A stretch of DNA of 64,000 bases from the NCBI GenBank assembly GCA_035402825.1, contig DAONDZ010000002.1, positions 1,854 to 65,853 of the forward strand, read 5' to 3'. The DNA is from a bacterium (lineage in GTDB: Bacteria; Patescibacteriota; Patescibacteriia; Patescibacteriales; UBA12465). Made by a program: the position numbers and the translations under genes. Of the stretch, positions 17,481 through 24,723 are shown piece after piece (the first letter of the stretch is position 1; each line of letters begins with the position of its first letter). Under the pieces are notes generated by a model, which saw only the letters and a list, made by a program, of their open reading frames with translations, had not been told where the DNA came from and ran no database searches.

Positions 17481-20018
17481 TTATTTTGCCACTCCAACTC
17501 GGCGCAATATATCCAGATCCACAATATTTCTGTCTTGACCGAATTTAAAGCGGCTAATCTCTCTAATCTTGGGGCCCAGCCCCTGGCGATAGGTGCCCAT
17601 GAGCGGCCAAACAGTTTGCAGGGAGAAAGGACGAGTGGAAGCGCCGTCCACTAATAGTTTTATAAACCCACCTCGGCCGACATTAACCAAGTCATATTCA
17701 TTAAACACCGGACCGAAATCTTTAACCAAAAATTCAGCGTCCTCCGAACCGACGCGGAAACTGATCATCGTACCGACGTTGCCGAAGATAGCATCTTTAA
17801 TCTTAGAATCTTGATTCTTGTTCAATTGGCCGATATATTGATGGGCCACGGTCAAACACAAAGCGTATTTTCTGGCCTCAGATAATATCTGACAAATAGA
17901 ATCAGTGGTAAAGTTTTGGAACTCATCAATGTAGAGATAGAAATCTTTGCGATCTTCCGGAGCCATATCGGTACGACTCAAAGCGGCCATCAATATTTTG
18001 CCGACGATAATCATACCCAACAGATAAGCATTGGTTTCGCCAATGGCGCCTTTAGGTAATTCCACTAAAAGAATTTTCTGTTTGTCCATCACATCGCGCA
18101 AATTAAAAGCGCTCTTTTGCTGGCCGATAATCGGGCGCATCATATCATTAGAAACAAACGGGGTTAGTTTGGAAGTAATATAGGGGACGATATTAGCCAA
18201 AGCGGCATCACCGCCGGCTTTTTCCGCTTCTTTGCGCCAAAAATCAACCACCGTCGGATTCTGACAACGAGACAATTTCATCCGGCGGAAACTTTCATCG
18301 GCTAGAACCTTGGGCACTTCCATTAAAGTGGAACCGGTTTCGGGATCGTCCATGATTAACAAAAGAGCGTTTCTCATGTATTGCTCAAACATCGGACCGC
18401 CGGTAGATTTCAAATCATACAACTTGTCAAAAATATTAATCATTTCGTTAATCACAAAACTCTTTTGCTCCGGATAGCGGCTATCGTATTCCAGCAAGTT
18501 AAGTCCTAAGGGGCGCTCCATATCGCCAGGAGAGAAAATGATAACATCCTCGGCTCTCTCCGGAGGAATACGGGCTAAAATATCTTCAATCAAATCGCCG
18601 TTCGGATCCATCACGCAAACTCCATCGCCATTTTCAATATCTTGAATGGCCATATTATTCAACATGACGGATTTACCAGTACCAGACTTACCAATGATAT
18701 AGGCATGACGGCGGCGATCCACTCGCTTGATGCGAATGTCAGTCCTAATGCCTCTGAAGATATTGAATCCCAACATCACGCCTTCGTTAGGCAGATTATT
18801 AGGAGCCGGAGCGGTTTTAGACAACAACCAATCAATATTCGGAGTCTCGGTATGAGGCAAGGGGAAATGAAACAGACTGGTCATCTCTTCGGTATTCACT
18901 ACGAAGCTTTGCTTATCAATGAAGCGATGATAGATAAAATTATTAATAGTGTGTTGCTGGTTTTTCTTAATCGGCCGGCGGAAACTATTGCCATATTCGT
19001 AGTAATTATATTCGCTGAAAGCGCTGCCGATATTATCTAAATACATCACGCTCTGCCCCTCAGTCTGAGCGCTTACTACTATTCGGATATTAACGTCTAA
19101 ACCGGCTTTAGAGTTCTTGTCCTCCATTTTCTTGAGCATCTCTCTTTCCTTCTCGCTCAATTGTTTCTGCGGAGCTTGAGGATCCTTATCTTTAGTCTCT
19201 AGCATGCCAAAGGCGCCCAGGATGATATAATAGACAAAAAAATTAAAGGTGCTCTGAAAAGCGTTATTGCCGATTTTAAAGATAGCGCTGACGCTTTGTT
19301 TTTCATAAGCCTTCATCACCATTTTCTTGACCGCTTTATGCCATTGTTTCTTGGCGCTGCGCACCGTGTATTGAATGCTGATACTTTCCTCAGTTTTCAA
19401 TTTTGACATGACATTAATCACCGAGTTCAAAGGATCAGCTTCAATATCGTTATAGGTCTTAATAGGAAAAATAAAACTCCGGCTAGTTTTTAAATAAGCC
19501 GCACTGATATAGCTCTTGGCGTTGAAAGGATTGAAATCACTGACTGCCTCAATAGAGGCCTCGGGATAATAAGCGTGAATTTGCTGTTCAATGTATAAAG
19601 CTTTGTCGGCGGGAGCGGAGACATAAAAAGAAATCCGATTTTGGTGAGCGACTATTTCAAAAGAAAAATGATCACGCCGACCCAAAAATTTAGAGCTCAA
19701 GCTCTTGTCGGCTTTTAATCCGCCGATGGCCGAAAAAACCGTTTCGCCGCGGGCAATCTCTTCCCGCAACTGTTGCAAACTCATATTCTGACCTTCGTCC
19801 TTAGGCTTTTCTTTGGGCAAACGAACAATGAAAACCGTATGATCAAAATGGCTGTTATTCACCGACCAGCGATAGATGAATTTTTTTAAAATCCAGAGAA
19901 CAAAAACTATAGCGGCCAACCAAAAAATCAATGGCCAATTAATTCCAGTCTGATTAATAGCTGCTTCCAGATTCGGATCCACTAAAGGTACGCCGGTTGT
20001 TTCGCCAGTGTAATCCAT
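17481..20018 (-). CDS. Type IV coupling protein-like (VirD4/TraG/TraD-type) P-loop ATPase with N-terminal TM and a ~400-aa uncharacterised module
   Basis: Walker A HAYIIGKSGTGKS, Walker B FYLYIDEFQNF, and LTVAHQYIGQL. The N-terminal module (FSFEIVAHQNRISFYVSAP...YYPEASIEAV...FPIKTY...LFHFPLP) is homologous to the 486-aa protein at 44520-45980. I believe this module corresponds to a Pfam DUF (DUF8128), but that is from memory and unverified. Confidence 0.7.
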   Translation of the reverse strand: MDYTGETTGVPLVDPNLEAAINQTGINWPLIFWLAAIVFVLWILKKFIYRWSVNNSHFDHTVFIVRLPKEKPKDEGQNMSLQQLREEIARGETVFSAIGGLKADKSLSSKFLGRRDHFSFEIVAHQNRISFYVSAPADKALYIEQQIHAYYPEASIEAVSDFNPFNAKSYISAAYLKTSRSFIFPIKTYNDIEADPLNSVINVMSKLKTEESISIQYTVRSAKKQWHKAVKKMVMKAYEKQSVSAIFKIGNNAFQSTFNFFVYYIILGAFGMLETKDKDPQAPQKQLSEKEREMLKKMEDKNSKAGLDVNIRIVVSAQTEGQSVMYLDNIGSAFSEYNYYEYGNSFRRPIKKNQQHTINNFIYHRFIDKQSFVVNTEEMTSLFHFPLPHTETPNIDWLLSKTAPAPNNLPNEGVMLGFNIFRGIRTDIRIKRVDRRRHAYIIGKSGTGKSVMLNNMAIQDIENGDGVCVMDPNGDLIEDILARIPPERAEDVIIFSPGDMERPLGLNLLEYDSRYPEQKSFVINEMINIFDKLYDLKSTGGPMFEQYMRNALLLIMDDPETGSTLMEVPKVLADESFRRMKLSRCQNPTVVDFWRKEAEKAGGDAALANIVPYITSKLTPFVSNDMMRPIIGQQKSAFNLRDVMDKQKILLVELPKGAIGETNAYLLGMIIVGKILMAALSRTDMAPEDRKDFYLYIDEFQNFTTDSICQILSEARKYALCLTVAHQYIGQLNKNQDSKIKDAIFGNVGTMISFRVGSEDAEFLVKDFGPVFNEYDLVNVGRGGFIKLLVDGASTRPFSLQTVWPLMGTYRQGLGPKIREISRFKFGQDRNIVDLDILRRVGVAK

Positions 20019-20023
20019 AGAAA

Positions 20024-20494
20024 TTATTGATGTTTTAATTTAACAATTTTATCCGCCTTAATTTTAGCTTCCTGTTCTAAGAAGAAACGATTGACTCCGG
20101 GAATAACTTTTAACCAATTGCGAATTAGTTCCACGATTTTTTTCATTTTCACCTTAGCTTGGCTCATCAACTGATTGATCTTTCTGGTGGTCTCCTCGCC
20201 CTTGGCCTTAAACTGTCCCTGGGCTTGGGGTGACATTTGTAAATAGGTATCTTCCAAACCTTCGGAAAGAATCTGTTCTATCTGTTCCAAACGAGCTTCA
20301 TATAGCGACTTAGTTCTAACCGGAGCCGCCACGGGAGCACTGGGCTGAGGAGTCGGCTCACCCTTAGTCTCCATCTTTTCAACTTTTTTTTCTATAGCAA
20401 CCTCCACCTGGCTGGAATCATCAGGGGTGGAAATAGCTTCAGACTGCCCCAGGGGAGCAGTTTCAATTTTATTGGCAATATTTTCTTCGGACAT
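20024..20494 (-). CDS. Hypothetical protein (acidic/Pro-rich N-terminus, helical C-terminus), in an operon with the T4CP-like ATPase
   Basis: 156-aa ORF with a 5-nt gap to the ATPase gene and a 2-nt gap from the ferredoxin gene. No family recognised. Confidence 0.45.
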   Translation of the reverse strand: MSEENIANKIETAPLGQSEAISTPDDSSQVEVAIEKKVEKMETKGEPTPQPSAPVAAPVRTKSLYEARLEQIEQILSEGLEDTYLQMSPQAQGQFKAKGEETTRKINQLMSQAKVKMKKIVELIRNWLKVIPGVNRFFLEQEAKIKADKIVKLKHQ

Positions 20495-20496
20495 AG

Positions 20497-20670
20497 TTAT
20501 TCTACGGTAATCGCTTCTACCGGACAGGAAGCAGCGGCGGTTCTAGCGCAATCAGTATTATCCTGGCTAATCACCTCAGACTTCCCGGCTTGGTTCATTT
20601 GAAAGGTATCGGGGCAAGTATTAGCGCATAAACCGCAACCCACGCATAAATCTTGATTAACTTTAATCAT
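20497..20670 (-). CDS. Small single-cluster [4Fe-4S] ferredoxin (57 aa)
   Basis: Below the ORF-track cutoff. Translation: MIKVNQDLCVGCGLCANTCPDTFQMNQAGKSEVISQDNTDCARTAAASCPVEAITVE. The pattern CxxCxxC...CP plus a distal C...CP matches Thermotoga/Pyrococcus-type mini-ferredoxins. SD-like aagga lies 8 nt upstream. Confidence 0.75.
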   Translation of the reverse strand: MIKVNQDLCVGCGLCANTCPDTFQMNQAGKSEVISQDNTDCARTAAASCPVEAITVE

Positions 20671-20698
20671 AATAGAGTCCTTAATAAATTATGGTATT

Positions 20699-20727
20699 AT
20701 TATAACATAATTAGGATACATTGACAA
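20699..20727 (-). promoter_or_regulatory. Promoter (TTGTCA-17 nt-TATAAT) of the ferredoxin/156-aa/ATPase operon
   Basis: The minus strand has TTGTCA at 20727-20722 and TATAAT at 20704-20699. Its -35 overlaps the -35 of the divergent rpmA promoter. Confidence 0.5.
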
Positions 20728-20749
20728 AGAATGGGCTCTTTGCTATATT
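20721..20749 (+). promoter_or_regulatory. Promoter (TTGACA-17 nt-TATATT) of rpmA
   Basis: TTGACA at 20721-20726 and TATATT at 20744-20749. The leader is ~45 nt without a clear SD. Confidence 0.5.
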
Positions 20750-20799
20750 ATTGGAGCCTTTACAAAAACATTTTATTATTTTAATTGCTTTAAAACTAT

Positions 20800-21087
20800 A
20801 TGTCGCATAAGAAAGCGGCTGGTACTACAGCCCTGGGACGAGATTCCCAAAGTAAACGTCTCGGCGTTAAGCTATCTGATGGCCAATATGCCAAAATCGG
20901 TTCCATTATTATCCGCCAACGCGGTACTAAATATCATGTCGGCGCTAATGTAAAACGCGGTAATGATGACACTTTATTCGCTGTTAAGACCGGTTTAGTC
21001 AAATTCACCACCAAGAAAATGAAGAAATTTGATAACACCTTAAAAACCGTTAAAGTTGTTTCCGTCCTACCGGTAGCCGCTAAATAA
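20800..21087 (+). CDS. rpmA: 50S ribosomal protein L27
   Basis: [24 protein letters not shown]...[18 protein letters not shown] is a canonical L27 sequence. It is monocistronic here, with no adjacent rplU. Confidence 0.9.
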   Translation: MSHKKAAGTTALGRDSQSKRLGVKLSDGQYAKIGSIIIRQRGTKYHVGANVKRGNDDTLFAVKTGLVKFTTKKMKKFDNTLKTVKVVSVLPVAAK

Positions 21088-21100
21088 AAATCAAACAAAA

Positions 21101-21133
21101 AAAAAGACCGTTTTAACCAGCGGTCTTTTTGTT
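21101..21133 (+). terminator. Rho-independent terminator of rpmA
   Basis: aaAAAGACCGttttaaccagCGGTCTTTttg: 8-bp stem plus T-run. Confidence 0.65.
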
Positions 21134-21152
21134 TAACTACTTTGGAAATTAT

Positions 21153-21183
21153 AAAAGCCTTCCGTTGCGGGAAGGCTTTTTTT
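21153..21183. terminator. Second hairpin terminator; on the minus strand it ends the 21203-22093 gene
   Basis: aAAAGCCTTCCgttgcgGGAAGGCTTTtttt: 10-bp stem, T-run on plus, and ttttat after the stem on minus. Confidence 0.6.
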
Positions 21184-21202
21184 CTTAGTTCTTTCGAAAC
21201 GC

Positions 21203-22093
21203 TTACCTTAAGCCGTAGAAGAGGGCCATCGGATTAATTTTGATTCCGATCTCGTTAGCGCCAATTCCGTCGCCCATGGAAGTGCGGGTGTAATAAATAT
21301 CCATGGCGTGGCCGATAAACTTATAAGAATTGAGAGAGATGCCGCCGGTAAATTTCCAGGCGTTAAATGATCCAAAAGGAGTCATATTGGTATATGAAAT
21401 ACCAGCATCAAATCCGATTCCTACTTTATTTCTCTTGCAGCTGATGCCGAAAACTTCGGCACTGTACCCGGCATCGAAGAAAAAAGTTTTCACATCTTCA
21501 TTGTCAAGCGGGGACTTAATGATCTTTTCGCCGAAGGTGGTCTTCATGCTTTCGGAAAATGCGTACGCTCCGAAGAAATGAAGTTCCTGTTCCCGGAAGG
21601 CTTTCACCGTTCCGTTCTTTACACCTTCTGAGGTGATGCCCACTCTTTCGGAAAATATTACCGAATGGGTCACCGCCTCTTTGCGCCAGGTCGTAGCGGT
21701 ACCGTCGTCGTTAATAAATTGGTAGTGGTTAGCTTTAATGAAATATTCGTACCCAACGAATATTTCATTATACACGGATTCATAATAACCCGTTCCACTT
21801 CCCAACCAGCCAAACTGGGTGTTGCCGATCATGCCGCGAATTTTCATACGGTCGCCGGCAGCGGTATCAAGGACGTTGGTTACGTAATTGCACCCGATTA
21901 TAAAATCGATGTACTTGGTCCGGAAGGCCAGGTCAACGATGAATTCGTTGCCTTCACCTAACGTAGCGGTATCCTTCATCATTTTAGTTGATGTGGCGCC
22001 AAGCGCCAGATCAATTGGAGTCGGCCTCTGCTGGGCCATGGCGGTGATAGAAATTATCATCACTGCAAACATTAAAAACATTTTTGCTTTCAT
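21203..22093 (-). CDS. Secreted beta-strand-rich protein, possibly beta-barrel-like; monocistronic
   Basis: Signal peptide MKAKMFLMFAVMIISITAMAQQ. Alternating hydrophobic/polar, Gly/aromatic-rich sequence runs to the C-terminus (GIGFDAGISYTNM..., WKFTGGISLNSYKF..., IGIKINPMALFYGLR). It has its own promoter and terminator. Confidence 0.5.
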   Translation of the reverse strand: MKAKMFLMFAVMIISITAMAQQRPTPIDLALGATSTKMMKDTATLGEGNEFIVDLAFRTKYIDFIIGCNYVTNVLDTAAGDRMKIRGMIGNTQFGWLGSGTGYYESVYNEIFVGYEYFIKANHYQFINDDGTATTWRKEAVTHSVIFSERVGITSEGVKNGTVKAFREQELHFFGAYAFSESMKTTFGEKIIKSPLDNEDVKTFFFDAGYSAEVFGISCKRNKVGIGFDAGISYTNMTPFGSFNAWKFTGGISLNSYKFIGHAMDIYYTRTSMGDGIGANEIGIKINPMALFYGLR

Positions 22094-22125
22094 GATTATG
22101 TGTATTTATAAGGTTCATACTATAG

Positions 22126-22173
22126 TTTAACTACCTCCTAAATTCCCTGGCAGAAGCTTAGGAGGTAGTTAAA
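22126..22173. repeat. Perfect 16-bp inverted repeat with a 16-nt loop, inside the predicted 5' UTR of the 21203-22093 gene
   Basis: TTTAACTACCTCCTAA (22126-22141) ... TTAGGAGGTAGTTAAA (22158-22173). The arms contain CCTCC/GGAGG. Confidence 0.85.
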
Positions 22174-22227
22174 TTAATACCCAAAATACAAAAATCAAAA
22201 AGCGGGGTAAAAGAACAATAACTGTAT

Positions 22228-22256
22228 ATAATAGCACAAATAATTACAAGTGTCAA
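22228..22256 (-). promoter_or_regulatory. Promoter (TTGACA-17 nt-TATTAT) of the beta-rich protein gene
   Basis: The minus strand has TTGACA at 22256-22251 and TATTAT at 22233-22228. This predicts a ~125-nt 5' UTR that contains the 16-bp hairpin. Confidence 0.45.
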
Positions 22257-22316
22257 TACTTTCCCCAAAATACACAAAAACCCCGGATTTACGAGGTTTT
22301 TGCTTATTTTTGAGTA

Positions 22317-23102
22317 TTATTTCAAGATATTACGGATATTCCCCTGCCCTTCAATATCAAAGTTTTCATCATTCTCGGAGATATCATCTTCTTCGTAACC
22401 GCCTTCACGGCCAGCTTGATTTTGTTGTGGCAAAAAATTAGTTTCCAAATTTCTAGCCTGACGCTTCTTCCCTTTTCTTCGGAAAAGATTCATATCATAT
22501 TTTTCTTCTGGGAAAAGGTAGATATAGATGAAACCGATAGCTAGGCCAAGAACCAAGGATAGCCCGAAGTTAATCGGCAAATTAGGTTGGGTGGGATAGC
22601 GGGAAACCAAGGGCTCGTCCACCACCGTTACCTTCACTGAGCTGCCGATTCCCTGATAGACAGAGTTCTGAGTCATCAAGACATTGTTAACCGCTAAAGC
22701 GATTTGCTTGGCTTGATAGCTACTCGGATGATAAATAGTGATATTAATGAAACCGGAATCAGCCATTCCCCTAGCACTAACAGTATTCTGCCAGGTTTTT
22801 AATTGCTTAATGGAGTCGCCCTGAAAATAGGAGCGATCAATATTAAAGCCGGAATCTAGAACCATATTATAGAAGGAGTTGGAATAAGTCACTTCTGATA
22901 ATAGGCTGCTTAAATACTCCACAGAGCGGGAAACAGCAAAAGGATCCACCCCACTAGCGCCTTCTTGAATAACCAACAGTCGAGACTTAGCCCCATACTT
23001 AAAAGTCTGGGAGAAAGTAACTAGACCGCCGATCAACAAGAAGATCAAGATCCAAGTGATCAGGGTGCCTTTTTTTCTTTTAAATAATTGTTGAAATTCC
23101 AT
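22317..23102 (-). CDS. Wzz/polysaccharide co-polymerase-like chain-length determinant
   Basis: The topology is TM1 near the N-terminus (TLITWILIFLLIGGLVTF), a soluble middle, then TM2 (FGLSLVLGLAIGFIYIYLF) and a short acidic cytoplasmic tail. The gene sits in a glycan-locus context. Confidence 0.5.
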   Translation of the reverse strand: MEFQQLFKRKKGTLITWILIFLLIGGLVTFSQTFKYGAKSRLLVIQEGASGVDPFAVSRSVEYLSSLLSEVTYSNSFYNMVLDSGFNIDRSYFQGDSIKQLKTWQNTVSARGMADSGFINITIYHPSSYQAKQIALAVNNVLMTQNSVYQGIGSSVKVTVVDEPLVSRYPTQPNLPINFGLSLVLGLAIGFIYIYLFPEEKYDMNLFRRKGKKRQARNLETNFLPQQNQAGREGGYEEDDISENDENFDIEGQGNIRNILK

Positions 23103-23214
23103 ATAAGTAGCCGACGCGGTTGATTCCTATCAGAGAAACCAACCGCCTCGATGGTTATAATATAATTAGAGGCTAACCATATTATAACACATTATTTATA
23201 TTTTAGTAATCAGT

Positions 23215-24573
23215 TTAATTAGTGGTAGTAATCTCAAAAGCGGTGCTATAAGTCAGCTTGGACTTCTCGCCCACCACTTTGATATCCACTCTTTCGTGAG
23301 CCACTGCTACGCTAGGATTGCTGGCTTGGCTCTGAGCGATAGAAACTGCATTAGTCCAGGCTTCGGTAGAAACACCCGGGACAGTTATCTCCTGCTTAAA
23401 GCGACCATTGGCGTCAGCATTAATAGTATAGGTAGCGCTCTGGCCGAAAAGCACAGTCAATTTTTCATTCGGCAAGTAACCGCCGCCGGATAACAAGATC
23501 TCGGCATTGGTCGGCGCAGCCACAGTGTTAACGCGTAAATATAAGTTTTCCTTAACATCTACTCGGGTATCCTCCTGGCCCCGGAAAGAGGCTAGCTTGC
23601 GCAAGCTGCTGTCCAAGACTAAAACGGAAGAGTTATTGAATACTACTAATTTTTCACCGCTAGAGGTGGTCACGGCTTTCATGCCCATGGCCCAACCCTC
23701 GGTACCAGCAATACCACCGGTCTTTTGAGAAGACACTAGCTTCATGCCGTTCTTGTTTAGCTTTACTACGCCTAAACCATTGGAGAAATAAAGATAATCG
23801 TTGCCGGTAGAAACAGCGTCGTAACCCGGGTTGCCAGAATGTTCAAAGCGGCCCAAGATCGCTCCAGAATTGAAGTCAATCTTCTTGGCGCTTAAATCAT
23901 CAACTACATAGACAGCTTCATCTAAAGCGTCAAAATATAAGTTGCGATTACCATTACCGCTGCGGTAGTTAACCTGCAAGCTTCTGACTACGGAACGAGT
24001 AGTGCGGTCAAAAACTTCAATTTCGGTATTCTTGATATTGAAGATATAGCGACCGGTATCATTAGAACGAATGTTATAAGGCACGGAGTTGGTAATATCA
24101 TAAGAATCGATTACATCCATATTCTGGTTGTAGATTTTCACGCCCCGAGCTGAGATGGTGACGATATTATCGCCGAATTTATCCACCCGGTTATACCATT
24201 CCCAATAGGTGTTGGTCATCTTCTTGGTCAAATCAGCCGAATTAAGGCTGGTGATATCATATTTATACAAGGAGAAACCGGAAATAGCATAAGCATATAA
24301 GCGGCCATTTTCCTCGCTCAATTTGACATCATAGAAGTTGTCATCTTTGTTAAATCGGGCGTCAAAAGGTCTGACATCCACGAATCTAACTAATTGATCG
24401 CCTTCCAACTTGAAAATTTCCAAGCGATCGCTATTGGCGGTAGCGGTCACGACTACATCGCGATAAGCGATGGCGTCGCCGGAATAATAAGCCCGGACCT
24501 TAGAATCGCCCGGTAAAGCGGCGGCTCCTAAGCCCAAAACGCTAACTAGAAACACTAATAAAGCTTTTTTCAT
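23215..24573 (-). CDS. Secreted protein, probable beta-propeller with C-terminal Ig-like domain
   Basis: Signal peptide MKKALLVFLVSVLGLGAAA, repeated beta-strand blades, and a C-terminal ~80 aa (LSGGGYLPNEKLTVLFGQSATYTINADANGRFKQEITVPG) that looks Ig/CarboxypepD_reg-like. Confidence 0.45.
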   Translation of the reverse strand: MKKALLVFLVSVLGLGAAALPGDSKVRAYYSGDAIAYRDVVVTATANSDRLEIFKLEGDQLVRFVDVRPFDARFNKDDNFYDVKLSEENGRLYAYAISGFSLYKYDITSLNSADLTKKMTNTYWEWYNRVDKFGDNIVTISARGVKIYNQNMDVIDSYDITNSVPYNIRSNDTGRYIFNIKNTEIEVFDRTTRSVVRSLQVNYRSGNGNRNLYFDALDEAVYVVDDLSAKKIDFNSGAILGRFEHSGNPGYDAVSTGNDYLYFSNGLGVVKLNKNGMKLVSSQKTGGIAGTEGWAMGMKAVTTSSGEKLVVFNNSSVLVLDSSLRKLASFRGQEDTRVDVKENLYLRVNTVAAPTNAEILLSGGGYLPNEKLTVLFGQSATYTINADANGRFKQEITVPGVSTEAWTNAVSIAQSQASNPSVAVAHERVDIKVVGEKSKLTYSTAFEITTTN

Positions 24574-24723
24574 ATTTTTTAGAAAAAATTTATGTATTTA
24601 TTTAATATATCAAAACATTATACTTTAACACATTTTTTTACGAATGTCAATAATATATCATATAAAAAGAAAACTGTCAATAGAAAAAGACATCAAACAA
24701 AAAAGGCTCATTTAAGGCCTTTT

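Noticed and set aside
21203-22093. Possible GC-content anomaly of the beta-rich protein gene as evidence for horizontal transfer
   Set aside because: My hand counts on 100-nt samples gave ~49% inside the gene and 44-49% in neighbouring genes. There is no clear difference, so a proper compositional analysis is needed.
22094-22150. 35-codon upstream ORF starting 15 nt after the AGGAGG of the hairpin and overlapping the main start out of frame
   Set aside because: The SD-to-ATG spacing of 15 nt is too long and there is no conservation evidence. It is mentioned only as an alternative reading of the 5' UTR.
22125-22173. Interpretation of the 16-bp hairpin as an integron attC site (outer 7-mers fit RYYYAAC / GTTRRRY)
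   Set aside because: Only one palindromic site is present. The stem is perfect, without the extrahelical bases typical of attC, and at ~49 nt it is short. No IntI-type integrase or attC array is in the window. AT-rich 7-mers of this kind are expected about 10 times by chance in 64 kb. The idea is kept only as a remark inside the cassette finding.
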